From NCBI RefSeq assembly GCF_009914755.1, contig NC_060925.1: a DNA stretch of 64,000 nt. One strand, 5' to 3'. This stretch comes from the human T2T-CHM13v2.0 reference genome, Homo sapiens. The notes under the pieces are model-generated. The model made no database searches. It worked only from the letters and a program-made list of their open reading frames with translations, and was not told where the DNA came from. The translations under genes and the position numbers were made by a program. Position 1 is the stretch's first letter, and each line of letters starts with the position of its first letter. This document shows positions 1 through 17,594 of the stretch, piece by piece.

Positions 1-1500
<1,500 letters not shown>

Positions 1501-1596
1501 TTTAACCATGCTCCCATAGATGGGGCTGGGCAGAAGGCCCCAGTCTACTAGCTCAGGCATAAGAGAGTCATATTCCTTCAAAAGATTGCATGTATG

Positions 1597-1894
<298 letters not shown>

Positions 1895-2709
1895 TTAGTT
1901 TATTTCATCCTCACAAACAAGAAGGGATATGTATATAAATATCCCCATTTTACAGATGAGAAAATTGAGGTGCAAAGTGGGAATCATTTTTCCAAAGTCA
2001 CACAGTGACAGGATTAAACCTGGGGCTCTTATTTCTACTCCAGTGTTCTTTGCACTGTCTCAGAGCTGCCCAGGCTGAAACTGCTGCTTCCACAAAAAAG
2101 GAGCACAGGGAGAAGAGGTTCATGAAGAGAAGCTTTGAATGAATCAGGAGCCGGACGGTTGCTATGAAAGCCGTCAGAATGATTGAGTTTTTGTCCGGGG
2201 ATTTACATGCGCGTGCATGTCTGGAAGGTAGCGGGAAGGAACTACTGCATGAAGGTGAATGTATCCTTCCTCATTCCCTGGAACCTTTCAGGAAAATAGA
2301 CTGCTTTAGAGAAACACGAGAGGCGGAGACAGACACCTGGAAAGACAGCCCATGTTGTCAGCTGAGTAAAGGACAAAGTAATAAAGAGGTCAGATGCAAT
2401 GGGAATGGTAGAGGAGTACTTGATCCGTTGCAGACAGCAGTGCAGGTGGCTGGGTTTTAAATCGTTTTCGAGTATCGCCTGGTCTGAGTTGGGGTGCTTG
2501 AGAAGAAAATGTGCACCCAGTTATTGTCAACAGAGCTACTGCGGATGGCTCTGGCATGGTTCACATGAGGTGATGCCTCACATACCCATGCTGGGTAGGA
2601 ATCTCTGCTTCTGTTTGAGCAGGTGGTTCTGGGATCATTCTTAACAGGCACTTGGGTGGAGGAGAGAGGAGTCATTCTTTCACTGTGGAAACAGGCCAGG
2701 GTCTTAGGG

Positions 2710-2873
2710 CAGCGGTTCTTGAAATGTGGCCCTAGACCAGAAGCATCAGAACTGCCTGGGACCTTGTTAGCAATGCAGCCTCTGGGTCTCACTCAGACCC
2801 ACTGGACCAAAACTCTGGGAATAGGGCCCAGCAGTCTGTCTTAAGAAGCCCTCCTAAAGTTTGAGAACCTCTG
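2710..2873. mobile_element. MER5A-like hAT fossil
   Basis: Ends cagcggttcttgaa and tttgagaacctctg; internal agcatcagaa..cctggga..ttgttag. Confidence 0.7.
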
Positions 2874-2924
2874 GTCTAGAGGAATGGTCACTGGGATGAG
2901 CAGAAGCCGCCATCTAGGGCAGCA

Positions 2925-3065
2925 CACAGCCTCCAGCCAGGAACAGGCGGGTGGGTCACACACACAGACTCACAGCCTCCAGCCAGGAACAGGCGGGTGG
3001 GTCACACACAGACTCACAGCACACGGCCTCTAGCCGGGAACAGGCAGGTGGGTCACGCACGGAGA
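2925..3065 (+). repeat. ~46-bp minisatellite, 3 copies
   Basis: Unit CACAGCCTCCAGCCAGGAACAGGCGGGTGGGTCACACACA(CA)GACT. Confidence 0.92.
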
Positions 3066-4167
3066 GTCTGCCACTGGAAGGGAAGCTGAGACTCACACCC
3101 AGAGGTTCTGCACCAGAAGTAAGACATCATTCAGAGCTCACTTTGCCTGAGTCTTTAGATCCAGGAGTTATGGGACTTACCCAGAGGGGTTAAGAGTTGG
3201 GGAACCTCAGCCCAGTTGACACTTTATTTTGTATCATTTGATACTTCCTTGTCTGTCAAAGGATTTTTTTTTGCTTTTGCCTTTTCCTACTCTGCCCTGC
3301 TCTTCCATGCCCTCAGAAAGTTTATAGTTTCGCTGGGGAGGACATGGCTGATAGCTCAGTGTAGTTCTGGATCTAACATTCACCTATACACCCCGCAGGA
3401 TACAAACTATATGTATTTATTTATAGCCTCCTATGTGGCCACAAAAGTTTGGTCATTGTTCCCACTTGAAGGTAGGGTATCATTGCAACTAACTTTTGTG
3501 AGGTTTGTATTGATACCTAGAAGGCTCTAAGTAGGTGGCTCTTTATACTGTTTTTTACTGAAGCATGTATGTGTAGAAATGTTATGTAAATTTTTATTTT
3601 CTTGGGTAAAATGCTTAGGATGGTGGTGTCTGTCTCTGGGTTATGCGTCTGTCATCCTCATGTCTTCAACAGGAGGCCAGCCTGTGTTACTAGAAACAGG
3701 CCTCTGTGCACCTCTTTTCTGTACCCTTGCCCAGAGTTCACTCGCTGCAGCAAATATAGAGTGCCTGTTCTGTGATGAAGCAGGAACTTGTTCTTCCGGT
3801 GCGACGGATATAGCCTAATATTTCAGGATAAGAACTAAAAATCTCAGAACCGCCAGGCAGGAAGTGGAGCTAGAGCAGCTGGCTTTCTTTGCGGGGACCT
3901 CTGGAGCCTCCTGTGGCCTTGAGCCACCTCTGAGCCTCATGTGCCCATGGAAACTTGCACTTGTAACTTTCCTTCTGTGCAGAATTTTCTCCCGATGGAG
4001 TAGTTCAGCTGCTTCACTTGGACTGTCCTAAGGACATCCACTTGGAAGCCCTCAAAGCTCACCCTGTTGTCTTTGTTTGAAGCATCATGGGTAAGAACTA
4101 GGACCAAACTCATCAGCTCCCTAAATCTACGCATTATTCCTACTCCCCTTTCTCTGCCTTGTATTAA

Positions 4168-4467
4168 TTTTTTTTTTTTTTTTTTTGAGACAGAGTCTCG
4201 CTCTGTCGCCTAGGGTGGAGTGCAGTGGCGCGATCTCGGCTCACTGCAAGCTCCGCCTCCTGGGTTCACGCCATTCTCCTGCCTCAGCCTCCTGAGTAGC
4301 TGGAACTACAGGCGCCCGCCACCACACCCGGCTAATTTTTTGTATTTTTAGTAGAGACGGGGTTTCACCGTGTTAGCCAGGATGGTCTGGATCTCCTGAT
4401 CTTGTGATCCACCTGCCTCGGTCTCCCAAAGTGCTGGGATTACAGGCGTGAGCCACCGCGCCCAGCC
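4168..4467 (-). mobile_element. AluY-like
   Basis: Consensus, TSD ctctgc(c/t)ttgtattaattt. Confidence 0.95.
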
Positions 4468-6154
4468 TCTGCTTTGTATTAATTTAAAACTCCAGGTTTG
4501 TTCGGGCTGCAGAAATTATCTGTTGGTCGACAAAAGAGGGCAAGGATATTTTCACTGCTGTTCTAAGTACTCCCTACTGCCTGGTGCATACATAGTAGGT
4601 GCTCCAGTGAATATTTGTGCATGAATAAGTGAATCTTTCAAATGTACTTATTTACTCTAATGTAATCAGAAATTCTTCTTTGCTTCTAAGTAATTGTATT
4701 CCCTATATCCCGTAATCACACACAGCATACAGTTAAAGCAATGCACAGCTCTCAATTTGCCAAATATTTCACAGTGTTTTAATTATCCTAATAAAGCTGT
4801 AAAACCAAAACAAGCGTAAAGGCGTTGCTTTTGGCTTGCTAGTGTGGAGATGTAAAGACCATCATTTTATCCATCTAAGCCTTACAACCTCAAGAGCTGG
4901 GCCCTGGCCCCGTGCAGAGGAAAGGACATGTGAGGAGAAAGTCTCTCTGAACTTGCATAGCACAGTGCAACAGACCGCACTCCCTGGGTGCCAGCTCAGT
5001 CATTTGCATTTGAGATTGGTTTTTTATTTTAATTATCACTCGCTTCCCCTTTGGAATTGAGAGGCTCAGAGATGCCGTTATGCATGATATGATTTTGTTA
5101 AGAGGCACATAATTGCTTCTGAGTATTTTCATGAGGTGCTTCTCAGAGCAGCTTAATATCATGCACTCATGGCATAGCAACAGGGAATGCAGCTGGGGAA
5201 CAAAAGCTGGTCACCTCTGTGGCACACACAGAGTCACTGTGACTGTTGGAGGGGTTGACCGGGTGACGCCGTGGGCAGGGCCTGACTCAGTGATGTCAGG
5301 GAAGGTCTGTTTCTGCAGTGCCCGTGCTTGGCGGGGGGATGGGCAGGGGACAGCTGATGCGGGGACCGCACTGCAGCACACTGCAGCACAAAGCCACCTC
5401 CACGGGCAGCAGGCAGGCTCGCTCCAGGCTGACCACAGCTCAGAGAGCACCTTTGGTGCTTTTCTGCCCCTTTGTCTGCCACCGGATGTTGATCTTGGCC
5501 ACTCAGTTGCAGATTGGTTCCAGAGTGCTCTGGAACAAGTGAAATGGATGCTGAAAACTCGTTAACCAGATGCAAGATTTGTAGACTTGCAGAAGAAATC
5601 ACAGATCTGTGGCTATGGAGGTTTAAAATTCAGTCAAGTCATTTCAATGGGATGCATAACGATCTCCAAGTAGGTTCCGAGATCAATGGTTGTCTGGCTT
5701 AGCAGCATCAGGAATAAGCAGAGGAGTTTATAATATCCTGCAAAGGGCAACTGCCATGCTGCTTGGAACTGAACTCTAACTGAAGAGTCAACTTCTTAGG
5801 CTTCACATGGAAGAGACCTGTGATCTGCAAGATTTCAGATTTCTAACAAAGAGGCATGGCATCTGGAGTAAAGACACCAGCGCAACCTCTGTAGTCATCT
5901 TGTGTTTTCTGCTGGTGGTCACAGGATGAGAACGGCCGTGTGCAGGTTACCCCACACAGTGTGTATTCAGAGTTACCTCCCTGTGGGAAGTTGCCACTGA
6001 GTGAGACACTTAGTGGCAGGATCCTCCAAGTTTGCCTGTGTCTGTCCATCCATAGTTGTGCAATTGGAAGGAAGACGTTATTTTTCGCTTTAAAAGAGGA
6101 AGTATCTTTCTTGCATTGTTGTTCCTGGAAGTAGTTTATTAGAAATTAATATGA

Positions 6155-6461
<307 letters not shown>

Positions 6462-6699
6462 AGAAAATAATATCAAGATTCTTAAAAAGCAACCTTCCTC
6501 TTGCTTTTGTGTTTTAGTAAAGTAAAATCAGTTTGATCTGAAGTGAGGACTGAACTGCTGACTGGGTATTGACTGTCTTTTGAGTAGAGCTAAGCTTTCT
6601 AGAGAGTGAGAATATTGTCTCCTTCTGGTAAGACTGCCTCATGCCTATGCATCTTTTCTTCCCATCACCCTTCCTTCTTCTTGGCGTATCTGGTTATAC

Positions 6700-6870
6700 T
6701 CCCAGCCCTGGGGCCAGACAGATGGGTTATCTCCATGTGCCTCAGTTTTCTCATCTGGAAAATGAGGATAATAACAACACCTACCTCACGTGATGGTTGT
6801 GAAGAGTAAATGAGTTAATATCTGCACAGTGACGCAGTGGTGCCTGGTGTGCAGGAAGCATTCTGTGAGT
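6700..6870 (+). mobile_element. MIR
   Basis: Core gcctcagttttctcatctggaaaatgaggataataac. Confidence 0.8.
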
Positions 6871-7660
6871 GCTATCTCTGCCTGTTGTTTTCTCTCACAT
6901 GGAACCGTCGTACGCTTTGCTCGCTAGTCTTGGAATTTATAGTCAGGATGGTAAGGAGTGGTGATAAAATATTTCTTCTCCAGATTATCCCTTTGCATGA
7001 TTCAGATGACTGTATTTTGAAAATAGTTATGTTCTCAACAGTTGGAGGAGAAATATGTGGTCACAGCTGTTCAGTCAGCTTCCACAGACATTGACTTCAT
7101 TTGTCTAAAGATGATGGTGATGGCAAGCATGCTAACCTAGGATTTATCATGTTCTGAGCACTTACATAGATTAACAGCCCTCTGAGGTAGGTGTAACTAC
7201 TGTCCCCATTTAAGGGTTGAGGAAACGGAGGCATGAAAGGTTTTGTTCTAAGTTCAAAGCTACACAGCTTTTATATGGCAGAGCCAGGGCTCTGCACAGC
7301 CATTCACTGGTCTGACTCCTGCACACCTCCAGCTCTATCGTCTCCTGCGTCTCCTGCTCTCCCTCCCTCTGTGCTCCAGCCACACGGTCTTCTGCTCCCT
7401 GAAAGCCCTGCCTCAGGGCCTTCGCATGTGCTATTACCAGGCCTCAGTTCTGGACATGTTTGGCTCTTTCTCATCATTCTGAGCAAACTCGAAGTGTCAC
7501 CTTTCCTGACTTGTCTAAACTCTGTCCCCATCCCATCCCTCCTTATTACGTTATCCTGCCTTCTTCACTTACCAAGGCCTGCCTGTGCTAGAGTAGGGAG
7601 AGACCTCCCCTCTTCGCTATTGAATATCTGGCACAGTGTTCCTTAAAATTTGTGAGGTGT

Positions 7661-7950
<290 letters not shown>

Positions 7951-7954
7951 TCAA

Positions 7955-7994
<40 letters not shown>

Positions 7995-8337
7995 TAACAT
8001 ATATATGATATATATGTCATAAGCGTATATAGATATACATATATGAAGCGAGCGTGGGCATGATTGATTTTAACATCGATTTAACTCCTCTTATGTACAT
8101 GGATAGGTGACCCAATTCTAACATGTGTATGTTTGTGTGTGCATGCACATGTGTGTGTAAATGCAGGAATGTGGAGAGACGTGTTCTAATCTTAGTAAAG
8201 TGGTACAGAATCACAACGTGTTTTCTCTTTGAGTTTCAATCCTAGCTCCAACAGTAATTCCTGTTGTTTCTCTGATGTAGAAGTGAAGTACCTATTTATG
8301 TTTGTCTCCGATGAGACATGGGTTAAAAGAAATGTGG

Positions 8338-8927
<590 letters not shown>

Positions 8928-9493
8928 GGGTGTAACAGTCTCAGGCACTGAATGATGCTATTCCTGAAATAAATTATAAAAGCTAGAGCTTGGCTCAGGA
9001 AATAAAATTTAAAACAATTTTTTTTTGTAAAAACTCAGTGTTTTGGTAAAAGATATACTACCTTTTTTTTTTTTTGTCTAACATACCTTCCTTTCTTGCT
9101 GTGATTGCTTTCTTCTACTAGTTTAATTTAAATTGTATTTATTTATTTTACTTGCTCTAGAGGGCTCTCTACCAGATCTCATGTCAGGGTTTCCGTTGGG
9201 GAATTTGACAAAGAAACTAGGGGGCAGGAACCTGAACCTCTTTTTGATCTTTGACAAAAAGAGAATTTCTGGTCTTTTATCCGAGAACTTCGGGCTGCTG
9301 AAGGTGCCACCATCCTGTGTGAGGTGGTGACAGATTCACGATCGTGCTGGGGAACTCTGGCTGGCGGAGACCTCTCTGGTTTGGTGAAGTTACGGACGGC
9401 ATTTGGATGCTGGTCCCGCAAGGCTGGCGAGGCCACGTGTTGACTGCTTTTCTTCCAGAACACAACCTCACTCTTCCTCCTGCTCTGCCCTAG

Positions 9494-9645
9494 ATAACCA
9501 GTTCAGGATGTCCATCCTGGAACGACTGGAGCAGATGGAGAGGAGGATGGCCGAGATGACGGGGTCCCAGCAGCACAAACAGGCGAGCGGAGGCGGCAGC
9601 AGTGGAGGCGGCAGCGGGAGCGGGAATGGAGGGAGCCAGGCACAG
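9494..9645 (+). CDS. CAMTA1: CAMTA1 coding exon (152 nt): (D)NQFRMSILERLEQMERRMAEM...GGSQAQ
   Basis: Acceptor ccctag|, donor |gtacga. Gly/Ser-rich linker. Confidence 0.95.
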
Positions 9646-9908
9646 GTACGAGGCGGTGCTGATGCTCAGCTCCCATTTCGCTTCATGTTTATGGATTGGC
9701 GAGGCAGTGGATGGATCACAGGCCTCTTCTCTGCTGCTGATGCGGTCCCTGTATTCAGGCAGAAGGCCTGAGGGAGTACTTTACGGTACCTGTGCTTTTA
9801 AGCATTATAATCTGTGCAGTATGGAAGAAGCCTTGGAATGTGGAGCTTCTCAGTTGTTTACCCCCCTAATCCTTAAGTTATCTCTATTAATCTCAGAATT
9901 CACTACTA

Positions 9909-10285
<377 letters not shown>

Positions 10286-10988
10286 TTAGACCTGCTAGGG
10301 TTCAGAATTAATTTAGAATCTTCCTACTTTCTATTCTGTATTTTATCCCTATCTTAAGTGTAGGTATAAAACATAATTGAATTCAGTAATTCATAAGCCT
10401 TTTATAAACTCAAGGTCAGTATGAAAAGAGCCCAGAGAAAGTGTTTATGTAATGATTCAGTGTAGAATGACATTATACATTACAGCCTCTTTCACAAACT
10501 TTCTGTAAGTTCCATAAAGAATGTATGATATTGCCAAGTACGAGTAAATTACCAAACATTGTTTCAGAGTCCCATTGGTCTTGAAGGCTTTATATACATT
10601 TCATTTAGGAAGTTCATTTTTGGGAAGTCTCCCAGGGAGAAATTATTTCTCAGGGGACCCTAGAGATAAATTTAAAGGAACTGATGGTATTTCTTATCTC
10701 CACTACTCAGTCGTTGCAAAAAAAACCTCAAATAATGCCCCCTCTTTCTCTTCAAGACAAATGATGATTTCCTTTACACAGTTAAGTTTTTAGGTGAATA
10801 TTTTTGGTTTTATGAACCTCATAAATATCAAGTTTAGTTATATTTTAAATAATAGGTTAAAAGAACATCATATGCCACACCCAAAAGGCTAGCCTCCTTC
10901 CTCCCCGTGTTTTCATATTGCTCCCCTGTCTTCAGAAATCAGCAGGAAAGAAACAACTTGGCACGCAGTAGAATATTATTAAGGCTAA

Positions 10989-11292
<304 letters not shown>

Positions 11293-12261
11293 GATAGTAC
11301 TAAGTTTTATAAAAGAAGTAATCATTGTTTAATTTACCTCATGGCTCACATAAGAGATCTCCTTAAAATACTTTTCCTTTCACCAACAAAAGTGGCATAA
11401 AAGGAATGGTATGTAATGTCATTTTAAAGCTCAGCCACTACGCAGCTGGCTCAAACGCTATGCAACTGGCCTAGAATCTCATCCCATGTTAACCACTACT
11501 GAATATCCTTTCATCAGTTTAAGTTGCCTTCAGTAAATGTCCGTGTTTGCCATGCGGGATAGAGACATGACTGTTTTTGTTTAATACAAAAAAAAAAAAA
11601 TTCCCTTTTCGTTCACTCTGGCCATTTCCATGTGCTCATGAATGTGTCTTGTGTGTGTAGAATGGCTGTGCCTTGGCCTTTTGAGTCAAGGTCAGTTTGC
11701 GGCATGTTGGGATCACCTAACTCTGCTCCTGTAGGTGTTTTTACAGCTTTGATGAGGCTGAGATAACAATCCCATCATCTGCCTTTTTTATTTTGGGAGG
11801 CATTTTTTCCACATTTAAAAATAAAAATCAGCGAGGAGCCATAGTATTTCTGTAGTAAGTAAAGTTTATGGAGTTTATTGCCAGAAAAAAAAAGTACTTT
11901 TTAAGTAACACCAGAGATACAAATTAGCCTAGAGGTGCCATTTATTTGGGGGAGTGTTAAACATAAAACTGCTATCACAGAGACTCACATAAGCTGTTGA
12001 AGTTACTAACTTTCATTTTATTTTTCTTCCATTACAACTGGTTCATAGGAAGTAACCCATGTGGTTAAAATTAGTAAACTTCTCTTTCCTATAGCCCTTA
12101 TTGTTATTAATAACACTTAAATTTCAGGATCTCTAAATGCTTTTCTCAGTATTCTTTTTACTTTACATAAAGGACTGGATTATTGGATACTTCTAGTCAT
12201 TTCTTTAAGGAAAAAACAGTCCGCATCTAAGTGATCTAATTCTCCTTCAGAAGAAGCAAGA

Positions 12262-12525
12262 GGCTGGGCGCGGTGGCTCATGCCAGGAACCTAGCACTTG
12301 GGAGGCTGAGGCAGGCAGATCACTTGAGATCGGGTGTTCGAGACCAGCCTGGCCAACATGGTGAAACCCTATCTCCGCTAAAAATACAAAAATTAGCTAG
12401 AAATTGCTTGAACCTAGGAAGCAGAGGTTGGAATGAGCCAAGATCGTGCCACTGCACTCCAGCCTGGGTGACAGAGCGAGACTCTGTCTCAAAAAAAAAA
12501 AAAAAGAAAAAAGAAGAAGAAGAAA
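12262..12525 (+). mobile_element. Alu with internal deletion
   Basis: Consensus, start of the right arm missing. Confidence 0.92.
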
Positions 12526-12810
12526 GAGAGTGAAAGAGCCGCTATACCCGCCAGTGGAAACATTAGGAAAGCTACTCTGCTCCACTGTCTCACAACAGTT
12601 TACTGCCTACAGGAAGGCTAGAACCACTTTTTTTTGTTTAAGGCTGTGTACACTTTCCCCAAGACGAATCGGCATGAAGTTCCTAATCAGAGTGTCAGCC
12701 CTAATAGATAGACTCGTGTCTGTAGAGCTGTGGACTTCAGAGAAGTGCTACTGAGCTGAAGCTAAGCACATTCTAGTCTCAATTTCATGGATGGTTCTTG
12801 GGGGTTTGGG

Positions 12811-13250
<440 letters not shown>

Positions 13251-13389
13251 AATGTTTCTTTATTTTCAGTGTTTTATGTTTTCCGTTGTGAGTTTCTAAT
13301 CGTAAAGCATTTGTTTCCCCTACATCGAAGCGCTGATGGGGTCGAGGGCCTTTAGTCCTGAGGTCGTAACGTGCGCTTTTTTGTGACAG

Positions 13390-13586
13390 TGTGCTTCTGG
13401 GACTGGGGCCTTGGGGAGCTGCTTTGAGAGCCGTGTGGTCGTGGTATGCGAGAAGATGATGAGCCGAGCCTGCTGGGCGAAGTCCAAGCACTTGATCCAC
13501 TCAAAGACTTTCCGCGGAATGACCCTACTCCACCTGGCCGCTGCCCAGGGCTATGCCACCCTAATCCAGACCCTCATCAAATGGCG
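13390..13586 (+). CDS. CAMTA1: CAMTA1 coding exon (197 nt): CASGTG...RGMTLLHLAAAQGYATLIQTLIKW, ankyrin repeat
   Basis: gacag| and |gtaagg. Ankyrin-type GxTxLHxAA motif. Confidence 0.96.
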
Positions 13587-13976
13587 GTAAGGCTGTGGTG
13601 CAGCTGGCTGGGGGTCAGCCTCGCACATCCTCGCTCACATTCTTCCTGAGCACTGCCACCCGTGGAAGAAATCTACCCATTCAGTCCACTTTATAGCCGG
13701 CGAGCAAAGGGCTTTGTCCTTGGACAGTTTCCAAGGGAGTTTTATAAACTTCTTCCCAAGAAATACCCAGAGAGATAAGAATTAAATGTTGGACTTGTCA
13801 TTTTCTTTGGACCCCTAGCCAAATGGAGCGTCCACACTGCCCTGGGACTCTGTTTCTTCACCATGGGGATGTTATATACCCAGTTGGGTTTCATCTTGGT
13901 GGGGTTTTATAATATTCTGGTGTTTCCTTTTAACGGTGGTGAATAGTGTGGTAATTTCTGGTGCTCTCCCTTATAG

Positions 13977-14055
13977 TACAAAGCACGCGGATAGCATTGA
14001 CCTGGAACTGGAAGTTGACCCCTTGAATGTGGACCACTTCTCCTGTACTCCTCTG
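13977..14055 (+). CDS. CAMTA1: CAMTA1 coding exon (79 nt): TKHADSIDLELEVDPLNVDHFSCTPL
   Basis: ttatag| and |gtaagg. Phase matches both neighbours. Confidence 0.96.
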
Positions 14056-14300
14056 GTAAGGAATGGATTCCTGTAGCCCCCCCTTGCTGTTCTTCCAGTC
14101 TGGCATAGGATTTGCCTGGTTCCCACCGTTGTCTCTTGCTGACACATGGCATGTTTCGGAGATACTTTGGGATGGGAATCTTCAATGGCCCCACCGAGAT
14201 TGCCAGCAAGGACCAGTTTGTCAGTTGGCAGCAATGGCAAAAGTCAGGTCTGGTCTTGACCTCTGATTGAGAACGCTTGCTGTGTCTCCCTGTCTTCTAG

Positions 14301-14616
14301 ATGTGGGCGTGTGCCCTAGGGCACTTGGAAGCTGCCGTCGTGCTGTACAAGTGGGACCGTCGGGCCATCTCGATTCCCGACTCTCTAGGAAGGCTGCCTT
14401 TGGGAATTGCCAGGTCACGGGGTCATGTGAAATTAGCAGAGTGTCTGGAGCACCTGCAGAGAGATGAGCAGGCTCAGCTGGGACAGAACCCCAGAATCCA
14501 CTGTCCTGCAAGCGAAGAGCCCAGCACAGAGAGCTGGATGGCCCAGTGGCACAGCGAAGCCATCAGCTCTCCAGAAATACCCAAGGGAGTCACTGTTATT
14601 GCAAGCACCAACCCAG
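14301..14616 (+). CDS. CAMTA1: CAMTA1 coding exon (316 nt): MWACALGHLEAAVVL...ASTNP, ankyrin repeats
   Basis: ttctag| and |gtaaga. Matches ORF 14301..14636. Confidence 0.96.
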
Positions 14617-15004
14617 GTAAGAATTCAGAATCATGACATCTCAGAGCTTGACAGAGATCCCGTTTGCTTTCATGCAGCTGCCCTCAGCAGAGTCCATAGG
14701 ATAGTCACATACATTTCAGTTTTTTTGTTAATGTTTCTGATTTTTCTTTAAGAATGCCTAGTGCTGCCCCCTCCCCCAGTACAGAAGAAAGTAGCAAAAA
14801 TTCTATGTTCATGCAAGAAATACATAATTTTGGAGGAGGAAGATCTGAATCTGGTGTATGCTACTGGGGATATTTAAATGTTAGGGACGTGTCTTGAGTT
14901 CCGGCTTTGCACTTTGTGTCTCTCAGGCATAGAGAAAGTGTTGATTCTTGAGGATTCCTAGTTGTATCTCCTGTCCTGACTATCCTTTCTACTGTACTTT
15001 TCAG

Positions 15005-15528
15005 AGCTGAGAAGACCTCGTTCTGAACCCTCTAATTACTACAGCAGTGAGAGCCACAAAGATTATCCGGCTCCCAAAAAGCATAAATTGAACCCTGAGT
15101 ACTTCCAGACAAGGCAGGAGAAGCTGCTTCCCACTGCACTGAGTCTGGAAGAGCCAAATATCAGGAAGCAAAGCCCTAGTTCTAAGCAGTCTGTCCCCGA
15201 GACACTCAGCCCCAGTGAAGGAGTGAGGGACTTCAGCCGGGAACTCTCCCCTCCCACTCCAGAGACTGCAGCATTTCAAGCCTCTGGATCTCAGCCTGTA
15301 GGAAAGTGGAATTCCAAAGATCTTTACATTGGTGTGTCTACAGTACAGGTGACTGGAAATCCGAAGGGGACCAGTGTAGGAAAGGAGGCAGCACCTTCAC
15401 AGGTGCGTCCACGGGAACCAATGAGTGTCCTGATGATGGCTAACAGAGAGGTGGTGAATACAGAGCTGGGGTCCTACCGTGATAGTGCAGAAAATGAAGA
15501 ATGCGGCCAGCCCATGGATGACATACAG
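15005..15528 (+). CDS. CAMTA1: CAMTA1 coding exon (524 nt): LRRPRSEPS...PMDDIQ
   Basis: tttcag| and |gtaaaa. Open frame, overlaps ORF 15088..15630. Confidence 0.95.
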
Positions 15529-16522
15529 GTAAAAAGCAGGGACAGGGTAAGCCCGCAGAGGCTGGTGCGTTCCAGTTGCTGTGATCTTTATGGTCCATTT
15601 CCGAAGGTTGTGTCATTTTCCTCCCCGTGAAGCCTTCGAAGTTGGCTTTGTGCAGAACATCGTTGGAGTATCTTCTTTCCTTGGGGCCACATTTTCATTC
15701 GGTGAATCGGGCACCGGGAGTAGGGCCTGAATACCAGTGACCCCGGTCTCAGCAAAGCCTTCCCTCTTTGTACCAACTTCTCAGAACTCACTGAGGACCC
15801 TACAGTACGTCATCTGCTTCCTCCTTGCATTTAGGTTGATTGATTTCACTGTTTTAAGTACTAGTTACTAGTTAGAATATAGTCAAGACCTAAAAATAGC
15901 TAGAACAGGAAGCCCGTGGATAGATTTTGAATTATCTGAGTGACCTTGATCGGCATAGCTATCATCTAGCCATTGTAAAGGGCATATATGGCGTGAGGCT
16001 CTCACGAGGGCAGCGAAATATTCCTGAAGCTGATAATTGATTGCCCTTATAATAAATCTAAAAATTCCAGAATCTTTTCAGGACCTTAAACTTGTTATGG
16101 ACTAAGAGAATATATACCAAAATAAACTTGACATTAGGCTAATAAGCAAATTCCATCTATTAAAATATGTAGGGGAGGACCATAAGGGCAGCCTAAAAAC
16201 ATGTTTGAATTCCTCTCTTTCCAACTTCCCATTGATGCAACCTAAAACAAACGTAAAAGGGAAAAAAAACGACTCAGAATTCAACAGGGCACCCATGCCT
16301 GTAGAAGTGATACAAGGAGAGGGAGGTGTGTGGAGGAGATCATATGTCCTGGTCAGCATATCTTGGGAGAGGCCTGATTTCTGAGCCATTCCTGCTCATT
16401 GCATCCCAGGGACCCCTTCATGCCAGCCCTCTGCTGTTTGCAGAGGATGAGAAAGAAGCTTGCATGCTCACCAATGTGTTCCCATTTCTGGGGAGTTGCC
16501 GGGGGCACCACTTCTGACCTAC

Positions 16523-16884
16523 CGTATTAGTCCATTCTCACGCTGCTGATAAGGACATACTCCAGACTGGGGAATTTATAAAGAAAAAGAGGTTTAATGG
16601 ACTTACAGTTCCACGTGGTTGGGGAGGCCTCACAATCATAGCAGAAGGCGAAAGTCACATCTTATATGGTGGCAGGCAAGAGAGAATGAGAGCCGAGTGA
16701 AAGGGGAAACCCCTTATAAAACCATCAGATCTCAAGAGCCTTCTTCACTACCACGAGAACAGTATGGAGGAAACCACCCCCGTGATTCAGTTATCTCCCA
16801 CTGGGTCCCTCCCACAATACGTGGGCATTATGGGAGCTACAGTTCAAGATTAGATTTGGGTAGGGACACAGCCAAACCATGTCA
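16523..16884. mobile_element. MaLR solo LTR (THE1/MST family) with 5-bp TSD CCTAC
   Basis: Ends (c)gtattagtccattctcacgctgct and cacagccaaaccatgtca. CCTAC at 16518-16522 and 16885-16889. Confidence 0.88.
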
Positions 16885-17193
16885 CCTACTGACCACCGCA
16901 GTTTCCCTACCACAACACATGGGAATTATGGGAGCTACAATTCAAGATGAGATTTCGGTGAGGACAGCCAAACCATATCACCTACCGACCACTGCAGTTT
17001 CCCTACCACAACACATGGGAATTATGGGAGCTACAGTTCAACATGAAATTTGGGTGGGGACACAGTCAAACCATATCACCTACCGACCACTGCAGTTTCC
17101 CTACCACAACACATGGGAATTATGGGAGCTACAGTTCAACATGAGATTTTGGTGGGGACACAGCCAAACCATATCACCTACCAACCACTGCAG
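16810..17193 (+). repeat. ~98-bp tandem repeat x4 spanning the LTR end and host flank
   Basis: LTR terminus recurs at 16884, 16980, 17078 and 17176. Confidence 0.92.
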
Positions 17194-17234
17194 TCATAGG
17201 GAGGACTGCCCAGAAAAATCAAATAATGTTTTAG

Positions 17235-17450
17235 ACAAGAGTCTGGTACATTTCTTCTATAAAGAGCCAAGTAGTGAATATTTTTAGGTTCTGTAGGCCA
17301 TACAGACTTTGTCCTAGCTACTTAATCGGCCCTAACAGCACCAAAGCAGCCTTAGCATTAAACGGAGGAGTGTGGCTGTTTCCTAGTAAAACTTTATTTA
17401 CATAAACAGGCAGCTGGCTGAATTCAGCCTGCCATCATTTGCCAAATCCT
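17235..17450. mobile_element. MER58A-like hAT fossil
   Basis: tagtgaatatttttaggttctgtaggccataca...aaactttatttacataaacaggcag. Confidence 0.7.
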
Positions 17451-17594
17451 GTTTTACACAATTCCTGATGGAACCCACACCAGACACCAAAACTGAGCAA
17501 TCTAGAACTATATAAACATAAATATCTAGGAATAAGTTAGATTACATCGAAAATCAGCAGCTCAAAAGAGGGGAACCAACTGAGCATCGAGAAC

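Noticed and set aside
16619-17287. 222-aa ORF, the longest in the track
   Set aside because: Lies in the MaLR LTR and its tandem-duplicated end, has a non-ATG start and no splice context.
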